A DNA stretch of 64,000 nt from assembly GCA_963731085.1 (NCBI GenBank), contig CAVSUF010000019.1:134382-198381 (forward strand), in the 5' to 3' direction. Source of the DNA: an uncultured Actinomycetota bacterium. GTDB lineage: Bacteria; Actinomycetota; Actinomycetes; Streptosporangiales; Streptosporangiaceae. Positions 57,373 to 64,000 of this stretch are shown one piece after another. The number at the start of each line of letters is the position of its first letter. The first letter of the stretch is position 1. Position numbers and translations under genes: made by a program. A model generated the notes under the pieces. It saw only the letters and a list, made by a program, of their open reading frames with translations, did not search any database and was not told where the DNA came from.

Positions 57373-58663
57373 GTGAATGCAGCGGCTGAGGGTGCCGCGC
57401 CGGCGCCTCCAGTCCCCGTGACGTCGGCCCCCGTGACGTTCCGCAGCGTCTTCGCCGTCGGCGAGTTCCGCGACCATCTGGCTGGCCCAGCTGCTGTCCG
57501 TCGCGGGCGACCAGTTGGCCCGGGTCGCGATGACCGTACTGGTCTACGACCAGACCCGGTCGGCGCTTCTGGTCGGCGGTCACCTACGCGGTCACCCTGG
57601 TGCCGTGGGTCTTCGGCGGCCTGGCCCTGTCCGGCCTGGCCGACCGCCTAGCCCCGGCGCCAGCTCATGGTCGGCTGCGACCTGGCCCGGATGGTCCTGA
57701 CCGGCGTGATGGCGCTGCTCAGCTTCCAGGTCGGGGGCCTGGGCCCGGCTGCGTGTCCTGGTCGTCCTGCTGTTCGCGGTCACCTTGCTGGACTCGCCGT
57801 TCAAGGCGGCCCGCTCGGCCCTGCTGCCCGACATGCTGACCGGCGAGCTGTACGCGCTCGGCGTGGCGGCGTCAGCCAGACCGCCCTGCAGACCGGCATG
57901 GTGGCGGGCTTCGCGCTCGGCGGGGTCATCGTGGCGGCCTGCACGCGGGCGGGCGCGCTCAGCCTGGACTCCGCGACGTTCGCGGCGTCGGCACTGCTGC
58001 TCCAGCTCGGCGTGCGGCGGCGCCCGGCCGCGGCGCGGCCGGGGCTCGGGCGGCTCCGCGCTGGCCGAGATGGCGGCCGGGGTGCGGCTGGTGTTCGGCC
58101 GCGCCCGGCTGCGCACGCTGGTCCTGTTCGGCTGGCTGGTGGCGTTCTACATCGTGCCCATGGGCCTGGCGGCACCGCTACGCGGCCGGCCTGCACGCCC
58201 GGCTGCCGCTGGCCGTGACCACCGGCCTGGTCTTCGCGGCCGGCCCGCTCGGCACCATGGTCGGCGCGATCGCGTTCAGCCGGCTGGTCCCGGCGCCCCG
58301 GCGGACAGGCCTGGCTCGGCCCGCTGGCCGTACTGTCGTGCGGCAGCCTGGTCCTGCTGGCGCTCCGGCTCGACCTGGCGCTGACCCTGGCCGTGCTGGC
58401 CCTGTCTCGGCGCGGGCGCGGCCTACCAGCTCGCCGCCAACGCCGCGTTCGTGGCCGAGGTCCCGCCGGAGCGCCGCGGGCAGGCCTTCGGGCTCGCCAA
58501 CGGCGGCATGCAGGTATTCCAGGGCCTGTGGATCGTGCGGCCGGCGCCATCGCCGCCCACGCCCTGTCGCCCGGCATCGTCATCGCGGCTCAGCGGCGGC
58601 ATCGGGGCAGCGCTCGCTGCCGCTCTGGCGCTGGTCCGCCACCGGGAAGTGCTGCGGGCATAA
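57373..58663 (+). pseudogene. MFS transporter (MFS_3/EntS-like), at least seven frameshifts
   Basis: FRSVFAVGEFR; WLAQLLSVAGDQLARVAMTVLVYDQTRSALL; VTLVPWVFGGLALSGLADRL; LMVGCDLARMVLTGVMALL; LLDSPFKAARSALLPDMLTGELYALG; QTALQTGMVAGFALGGVIVA; LVAFYIVPMGLAAP; VTTGLVFAAGPLGTMVGAIAFSRL; YQLAANAAFVAEVPPERRGQAFGLANGGMQVFQGLWI. Stop at 58661-58663. Confidence 0.8.
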
Positions 58664-58696
58664 CCGCCTGCCAGCCAGGACCGGGTCATGGCTATG

Positions 58697-58717
58697 TCAG
58701 GCCCACTCGTTGCGCAT
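58697..58717 (-). CDS. mini-ORF 1, MRNEWA (hypothetical hexapeptide)
   Basis: AAGGAGGAAcgccATGCGCAACGAGTGGGCCTGA. The SD sits 6 nt from the ATG. Confidence 0.35.
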   Translation of the reverse strand: MRNEWA

Positions 58718-58773
58718 GGCGTTCCTCCTTCGGGGTGGCGGCGGGGTGGGGTGGGTGGCCGGCGCGGTGCGGT

Positions 58774-58794
58774 TCAGGCCCACTCGTTGCGCAT
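58774..58794 (-). CDS. mini-ORF 2, MRNEWA
   Basis: GGAAGGAGcagcgccATGCGCAACGAGTGGGCCTGA. Confidence 0.35.
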   Translation of the reverse strand: MRNEWA

Positions 58795-58841
58795 GGCGCT
58801 GCTCCTTCCGGGTGCTGGCGTGGTGGCGGGTGCGGTGCGGT

Positions 58842-58862
58842 TCAGGTCCACTCGTTGCGCAT
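58842..58862 (-). CDS. mini-ORF 3, MRNEWT
   Basis: AAAGGAGGAAcgccATGCGCAACGAGTGGACCTGA. Confidence 0.35.
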   Translation of the reverse strand: MRNEWT

Positions 58863-58914
58863 GGCGTTCCTCCTTTCCGGGTGCTGGGCGGGGTGGTGGC
58901 CGGTGGCGTGCGGT

Positions 58915-58935
58915 TCAGGCCCACTCGTTGCGCAT
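58915..58935 (-). CDS. mini-ORF 4, MRNEWA
   Basis: GAAGGAGGAAccgcgATGCGCAACGAGTGGGCCTGA. Confidence 0.35.
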   Translation of the reverse strand: MRNEWA

Positions 58936-59445
58936 CGCGGTTCCTCCTTCGGGGCGTGACCGGCCGGTGCCGGAGTATGGACGAGTCGGTCGAGCAGACT
59001 AAAGTGCATTCAGCTGCGCATGGCTCCGCGGAGGCTGGCGGCAGTGACGCCGCGGGTCTAGGGTGCCGGGTGCGCCGGGTCGCGTTCATTCGCTACGCAT
59101 GAGGCTGTCCTGTCGGTGTGGTGATAGGTGTGACAGTTGGGGCGAGGTCAAGGCCACTTTGCCGGGCCGCCGGGCGGGCTCGGAGACGGCGCGCCGGGCC
59201 GTTACGTGATCGCCTCGGCCCCATGAGCGGCGAGCGATATGTCATACTCTGCCGGTAGCTATCTGTCATGCCCCGCTCCCAGAGAACGGTCCCTGGCCCA
59301 GAATGGATCTGCACCCCTCGTACCAGGGGGTCCTGTGTCAGCCTGCTGCCAGGCTTGACAAGGCGACGCGATTATTGCCACGATGCGCCTTTAGGTCCAT
59401 CCCTTCCGAATCCTGCTCGGCCTGCGTTAGCGCCGTTCTCGCGGA

Positions 59446-60761
59446 GTGCCTATGGCCATCCTCCGACAGGCTGAGCTCGCGCGCCGCCGGTTGCGGACGA
59501 AAACGGCCCAGGTTGCCGGATGGCCCGTCTGGTCGCTGCCCAACCCGCTGCGTGCCTACCTGACCGGGACGATCACCGTCGCGCTCACCCTGACGGCCGT
59601 CGCGATCGCCTGCATGACCTGGCGGCGGGGCCAGCTGCTGAGCTTCGTGGGGCTGCTGGCCTGCGGGATCGTCGCCATCGAGGCGACCCGCGGGGTCCGC
59701 GAGGTGCACGGCACGGTGAATCGGGACCTGCAGTCGGTGTGGTACCTGGCAGCGGCCATCACGCTGCCGCCGGGGTACGCGATGCTGGCGCCGATCCCCA
59801 TGACCGCCTACCGGCTCTGGCGGGTGCGCAGCGGCGTCGCTGTACCGGCGGGTGTTCAGTAACGCCACCCTGTGCCTGGCCTACGGCGCCGCGTCGGTGA
59901 CGTTCCGGCTGATCCCCGCGCACGTGGTCGGGTCCGCGCCGGGCACCGACCTGCACGTGCTGATCTGGACGGCGGCGGTGACCGGGTGCGCGCTGATCGG
60001 CTGGGTGGTCAACAACGGCCTGCTGTTCATCGCGATCCGGATGTCGGACCGGACCACCCGGGTCCGCGGACATGTTCGGCACCCGGGAGGCCATCACCGC
60101 CGACCTGCTGGAGATCAGCCTGGCCGTCTCGCTGACGCTGGTGGTGGCGGTCAACCCGGTGCTCATGGCCCTGGCCCTGCCCTCGGTCGTGCTGTGCCGC
60201 CGTTACCTGATGCGCGCCCAGCAGGTCGCGCAGGTGCGGATCGACGCGGGCACCGGCCTGCTCAACCCGCGGTCCTGGCAGCGGGAGGCGGAGTTCGAGT
60301 TCTTCCGGGCGCTGCGCACCAGCGCCCCGCTGGCCGTCGCGATGGTGGACATCGACGACTTCCGGTCGGTGGAGGAGACGGCCGGCGCGGAGGTGGCGTT
60401 CCAGCTTCGCCGCGACGTCGCCACCATGCTGGCCGAGCAGCTGCGCGAGCAGGACCTGATCGGGATCTTCGGCGGCCAGGAGTTCGCCATCCTGTTCCCT
60501 GGCACCAGCGTGGCCGACGCCCGGCGGATCAGCGAGCGGCTGCGGGACCGGATCGCCGGCGAGTCCATCGCCATCGAGTCGGCGACCCAGGCCGGCTTCG
60601 TGTTCCGGCTGACCGTGTCCATCGGGGTGGCCGTGATGAACGAGACCAGGCGCGCGCTGACCGAGCTGATCGGCGCGGCCGACACGGCCCTCGGGCAGGC
60701 CAAGGGGACCGGCTGGAACAAGGTCTGCATCGCCGCCGAGCCCATCAGCGACGGCACCTGA
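59446..60761 (+). pseudogene. membrane-anchored GGDEF-domain protein with GGQEF variant motif, two frameshifts in the TM region
   Basis: The N-terminal TM segments lie in three frames (ORFs 59446, 59852, 60072). The GGDEF domain reads DAGTGLLNPRSWQREAEFEFFRALRTSAPLAVAMVDIDDFRSVEE...REQDLIGIFGGQEFAILFPGTS...RLTVSIGVAV...LIGAADTALGQAKGTGWNKV. Confidence 0.85.
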
Positions 60762-60815
60762 GACCACGGGGCTGAGACCACGGGGCCTGAGACCACGGGG
60801 CCTGAGACCGGGCGG
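60758..60815. repeat. 14-15-bp tandem repeat (3.5 units) starting at the GGDEF stop codon
   Basis: ctgagaccacgggg(c) at 60758, 60772 and 60787, plus a partial unit at 60802. The core GACCACGGGGC recurs inverted at 61815-61898. Confidence 0.9.
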
Positions 60816-60829
60816 CTAGGTTAGACGCC

Positions 60830-61796
60830 GTGAGAGCAGCGCTGCATGAGAGCCACGGCCCGGCCGCCGATGTCCTGCGGGTCACCGAGGTAGACCGGCC
60901 CGAGCCCGGCCCGGGCCAGGTCCGGGTCCGCATCGAGGCATCCGGGGTCAACCCCACCGACTGGAAGTCCCGGAGCGGGGCCACGGCCCGGCCGATCAGC
61001 GGCTTCCAGATCCCGCACCATGACGGCGCGGGCGTGATCGACGCGGTCGGTCCCGGCGTCGACCCGGCCCGGGCGGGCCAGCGGGTCTGGACCTGGCTGG
61101 CCGCGGCGGGCCAGCCGTGGGGCACCGCGGCGGAGTGGTGCGTGGTCCCGGACGAGCAGGCCGTGACGCTGCCCGACGGGGTGTCGATCGAGCTGGCCGC
61201 CAGCCTCGGGCGTGCCGGCCATGACCGCGCACCGGTGCCTGTTCGCCGACGGCCCGCTGGACGGCGGCCAGCGTGCTGGTCGCCGGCGGCGCCGGCGCGG
61301 TCGGCCACTTCGCCATCGAGCTGGCCAAGCACGCCGGCGCCCGGGTGGCCGCCACGGTCAGCGGCCCGGCCAAGGCCGAGCTGGCCGCCGCGGCCGGCGC
61401 CGACCTGGTGGTGAACTACCGCGATGCCGACGCCGCCGCCCAGCTCGCCTCGTTCGCGCCGGTGGACCGGGTCGTCGAGGTCGCGCTGGGCGCGAACCTG
61501 GAGCTGGACCTGGCCCTGTCCGGCCCGCAGACCCGTATCGTGACCTACGCCGCCGAGGCGCCGACCCGGTGCTGCCGGTCCGGGCCTGCATGACCGCCAA
61601 CATCAGCCTGCGGTTCGTGCTGCTGTACGGGGTGCCCCGGCCGGCCCTGCGCCAGGCCGCCGCCGACATCACCCGGGCGCTGGCCGACGGCGCGCTGACC
61701 GAGCTGCCGGTGACCCGGTTCCCGCTGGCCGAGATCGCCGCCGCGCACGACGCCGTCCAGGCCGGCGCGGTCGGCAAGGTGCTGGTCATCCCGTAG
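60830..61796 (+). pseudogene. NADPH:quinone oxidoreductase / zinc-type alcohol dehydrogenase superfamily, about three frameshifts
   Basis: MRAALHESHGPAADVLRVTEVDRPEPGPGQVRVRIEASGVNPTDWKSRSG; VPAMTAHRCLF; VLVAGGAGAVGHFAIELAKHAGARVAATVSGPAKAELAAAAGADLVVNY; NISLRFVLLY...FPLAEIAAAHDAVQAGAVGKVLV. Confidence 0.85.
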
Positions 61797-62183
61797 CCGG
61801 GGCCTAGCTCTGGCCAGCCCCGTGGTTGCCGGACCGTGGTTCCAGCCCGTGGTCCTGGTCAGCCCCGTGGTCCTGTCAGCCCCGTGGTCCTGGTCTGCGC
61901 CGTGCTCGTCTACGTGATGGCGGCGCAGGTAGTCGGTGTAGAACCCGCGCAGCGACTCGGCCACGTCGGCGTCGCCGGAGTCGATGGCGTCGCCGATCAG
62001 CCGGGACAGGTGCAGCGCGTCGGCCGTGGCCAGGTCGGCGTGCCCGGCGGCGGCCTCGCCGGCCGGCAGCTCGCGCAGCAGGTCCCACAGGAACCTGGCG
62101 TCCAGGTGCCGCAGCGCCCGGTGCACGGCGAGGTCGTGCAGTTCGCGCCCTGACAGCTGGTCAAGATTGTCCGCATCAGTCAT
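61545..62183 (-). CDS. hypothetical protein (3' end uncertain; the ORF runs through the repeat array into the qor 3' end)
   Basis: ATG 62183. MTDADNLDQLSGRELHDLAVHRALRHLDARFLWDLLRELPAGEAAAGHADLATADALHLSRLIGDAIDSGDADVAESLRGFYTDYLRRH looks protein-like; the remainder is repeat-derived or antisense. No family recognised. Confidence 0.35.
   Translation of the reverse strand: MTDADNLDQLSGRELHDLAVHRALRHLDARFLWDLLRELPAGEAAAGHADLATADALHLSRLIGDAIDSGDADVAESLRGFYTDYLRRHHVDEHGADQDHGADRTTGLTRTTGWNHGPATTGLARARPRLRDDQHLADRAGLDGVVRGGDLGQREPGHRQLGQRAVGQRPGDVGGGLAQGRPGHPVQQHEPQADVGGHAGPDRQHRVGASAA
61815..61898. repeat. imperfect 16-18-bp tandem repeat, the inverted counterpart of the 60758 array
   Basis: Units cagccccgtggt(c/t)... 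reverse-complement to caGGACCACGGGGCTGa. They also encode the HGADQDHGADRTTG tail of the minus-strand ORF. Confidence 0.8.
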
Positions 62184-62272
62184 GCGCCGAACCCTACCGG
62201 CCCGGCGGGCTGCCCATCCCGGCAGTAGCCTGCCCATCGCGGCGGCAGCCCGCCCGTCCCGCCCGCGCCCGT

Positions 62273-62425
62273 CAGGGCGACAGCCGGTGCAGGTCGCGCG
62301 GGAACAGCGTCACCTCCCGGACGTTGGCCGCGCCGGTCAGCCGGGCCGTCCAGCGGGCCAGCCCGATCGCGAAGCCGCCGTGCGGCGGCACGCCGCAGGC
62401 GAACACCTGCCCCGAACCGCCCCGG
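62273..62425 (-). pseudogene. 3'-terminal remnant (about 50 codons) of a class II aminoacyl-tRNA synthetase-like gene (AspRS/AsnRS type)
   Basis: The minus-strand translation GQVFACGVPPHGGFAIGLARWTARLTGAANVREVTLFPRDLHRLSP-stop matches class II motif 3 and the C-terminus (PPHGGFG.G..R......G..N.R.V..FPRD..RL.P). There is no upstream coding continuation. The remnant abuts palindromic copy D. Confidence 0.6.
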
Positions 62426-62430
62426 TTTTC

Positions 62431-62483
62431 CATGATCACGACTGATTTCTATGGATTTTCGCCAGAAAACGGTCGCGATCATG
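62431..62483. repeat. palindromic intergenic element, copy D (diverged, opposite orientation)
   Basis: CATGATCACGACTGATTTCTATGGATTTTCGCCAGAAAACGGTCGCGATCATG. Its reverse complement aligns with copies B and C (CATGATCGCGACCGTTTTCTGGCG...). Confidence 0.85.
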
Positions 62484-62719
62484 GGGTTTCGCCACTCGGG
62501 CTGGCCCGGCGGCGCGGCGAAAATCAGCTGGATGGGCCGGGGTGACCTGGCAGGCTGGCTGCTCGCGGCGCCACCGCACTTTCGCGGTTGCCCGGCCCGC
62601 CGGGACCAGCCAGGCCGGAGCGGCGGCCGCCTCATCACGGCCCGGTGACGGGGCCGGCCGCCGGCGGCGCGCGTGGCCGCGGGCCTGTCGCCGGTGATCA
62701 GGGGAATTACCCTGGAGTC

Positions 62720-63352
62720 GTGTACCTGCCACCGCATTTCACCGTTACCGACCTGGCCCACGCGGGGGACTTCGTCGATGCCGCCGGGTCCGCCGACCTG
62801 ATCACCTTCGACGGCACCCGTCCGGTCGCCACCCTGCTCCCGGTCATCTGGGACCGCCCGGCCGAGCCCGGACCGGGCGACCTGGGCCGCCTGCTGGGGC
62901 ACGTCGCGCTGCAGAACGACCAGTGGCGCACGGCCCAGCCGGGCGCCGAGGCACTGGCCATCGTGCACGGCCCGCAGGCGTATATCTCGCCGTCGTGGTA
63001 CGAGAGCACGGCCCGGCACGGCCGGGCCGTGCCCACCTGGAACTACGAGATCGTGCACCTGACCGGCACCATCGCCTTCCACCGGGACCCGGAGTGGCTG
63101 CGCGCCTTCGTGACCCGGCTGACCCGGCGGCACGAGGACTGGCGCGAGCACCCGTGGGCGGTGACCGACGCCCCGCCCGACTACATCAACGGCCAGCTTC
63201 GCGCCATCGTCGGGGTGGAGCTGACCCTCACCTCGGTCGAGGCCAAGGCCAAGCTCAGCCAGAACCGGGGCCGGGCCGACCAGGAGGGCGCGATCGCCGG
63301 CCTGCGGGCCGAGCCGGGTCCCGGCCCCGGTCCCCGGCGGTCGCCGACCTGA
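62720..63352 (+). CDS. FMN-binding negative transcriptional regulator (PaiB family)
   Basis: GTG 62720. VYLPPHFTVTDLAHAGDFVDAAGSADLITFDG...LLGHVALQNDQWR...ALAIVHGPQAYISPSWYES...VPTWNYEIVHLTG...ELTLTSVEAKAKLSQNR. Confidence 0.85.
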   Translation: MYLPPHFTVTDLAHAGDFVDAAGSADLITFDGTRPVATLLPVIWDRPAEPGPGDLGRLLGHVALQNDQWRTAQPGAEALAIVHGPQAYISPSWYESTARHGRAVPTWNYEIVHLTGTIAFHRDPEWLRAFVTRLTRRHEDWREHPWAVTDAPPDYINGQLRAIVGVELTLTSVEAKAKLSQNRGRADQEGAIAGLRAEPGPGPGPRRSPT

Positions 63353-63393
63353 TGGCCGCCGAGCCTGGCGGCACCCGACCCGGCAGCGGAGGG

Positions 63394-63966
63394 CTAGGCC
63401 AGCGGGCAGTGCGGGCCGTCGGGGCCAGCGGGCTCCAGCGCCTCGGCGGCCGCGGCCGCCTCGCGGCAGGCGGCGGCGGCCGGCAGCGAGCTGACCTCCT
63501 CCACGGCCGCGACGATGGTCGCGGCGATCTCCCCCAGCTGCTCGGCCTGCTCGGCGGTCAGCCGGTCAAAGACCAGCCGCCGGACCTGCTCGACGTGCTC
63601 GTGGGCGGCCGCGTCCAGGGCCGCGAAGCCCGCGTCGGTCAGCCGGGCGACCTGGCCCCGCCGGTCGGTGACGCAGGCCAGCCGCTCGATCCAGCCGCGC
63701 TCCTCCAGCCGGGCCACCGCGTGCGACAGGCGGCTCTTGCTGGACGTCGAGGCGTCGGCCAGCTGGGTCATGCGGAGCTCCCGGCCCGGCGCCTCGGACA
63801 GCCGGACCAGGATCTCGTAGTAGCCGAACGGGATGCCCGCCACGTGCTGCAGGTGGGCGTCCAGCTCGGGGAACAGCAGGCGGCAGGCGCTGATGAACGC
63901 GCGCCAGGTGCGCTGCTCGGAGTCCGACAGCCAGCGCGTCGGCGCCGCCTGCCCGGTTTGCTTCAT
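63394..63966 (-). CDS. MarR family transcriptional regulator
   Basis: Intact 190-aa ORF with a winged HTH: FGYYEILVRLSEAPGRELRMTQLADASTSSKSRLSHAVARLEERGWIERLACVTDRRGQVARLTDAG. Confidence 0.88.
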   Translation of the reverse strand: MKQTGQAAPTRWLSDSEQRTWRAFISACRLLFPELDAHLQHVAGIPFGYYEILVRLSEAPGRELRMTQLADASTSSKSRLSHAVARLEERGWIERLACVTDRRGQVARLTDAGFAALDAAAHEHVEQVRRLVFDRLTAEQAEQLGEIAATIVAAVEEVSSLPAAAACREAAAAAEALEPAGPDGPHCPLA

Positions 63967-64000
63967 GTCTCTAGGGTAGCGATGGTTGAGCGCTTGACAA

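Larger units (their letters stand above)
58697..58949 (-). repeat. array of four tandem units (periods 77, 68 and 73 bp), each a Shine-Dalgarno plus 6-codon mini-ORF plus TGA
   Basis: On the minus strand each unit reads (G)AAGGAG(G/C)A-N5-6-ATGCGCAACGAGTGG(G/A)CCTGAA. The core ATGCGCAACGAGTGG is identical in all four units. The spacers are C-rich and variable. Confidence 0.9.

Noticed and set aside
58697-58949. Could the four-unit array, or any of the other tandem repeats, be a CRISPR array?
   Set aside because: There are only four repeats. The spacers of 33-42 bp are C-rich and similar to each other. No cas genes are in the window. The conserved unit is an SD plus ORF, not a palindromic CRISPR repeat.
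58697-59089. 130-aa minus-strand ORF covering the mini-ORF array
   Set aside because: It merely reads through the C-rich spacers in one frame (Pro/Thr/Arg-rich) and ends in the last MRNEWA. The repeat periods (77, 68, 73 bp) are not multiples of three, so the units are not in a common frame.

Overview
This is 64 kb of very GC-rich actinobacterial chromosome. Gene content and order resemble the conserved Frankia/Streptomyces/Mycobacterium-type core; I cannot assign a species from the sequence alone.

Recognisable backbone, in order: glpK (3' end), MFS exporter with divergent TetR, a convergent aminophosphonate/phosphoester scavenging cluster, a TIGR03085-like protein, the Trp-operon membrane protein, trpC, gltB, gltD, lgt, tRNA-Leu(CAA), pdtaR-like ANTAR regulator, hotdog thioesterase, polA, rpsA, coaE, then a DUF222-HNH plus GNAT insertion, uvrB, lipoprotein, membrane protein, pyrG, NUDIX hydrolase, ald, xerD, parA, scpA, scpB, rluB, aroH, tyrA, cmk and der. 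The scavenging cluster comprises an FAD oxidoreductase, a PhnX-like HAD hydrolase, a metallophosphoesterase and a 4-gene ABC importer.

An accessory stretch follows: two WhiJ-type XRE/DUF397/anti-sigma-kinase modules, an aldo-keto reductase, a trypsin-like protease, a second MFS transporter, a GGDEF-family protein, a quinone oxidoreductase, a PaiB-like protein and a MarR regulator.

Four things stand out:
1. About half of the genes, including essential ones, are broken by +/-1 frameshifts, while a contiguous 10 kb block (uvrB to parA) is almost clean.
2. A 250-bp array of four tandem units, each a strong Shine-Dalgarno plus an identical 6-codon mini-ORF (MRNEWA/T), lies between the second MFS gene and the GGDEF gene.
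3. A family of about 53-bp palindromic intergenic elements with termini CATGATCGTGACCG...CGGTCACGATCATG occurs four times.
4. Short tandem repeats (12-45 bp) are unusually frequent, both inside genes and at gene ends.

I found no rRNA, CRISPR array, transposase or prophage genes.
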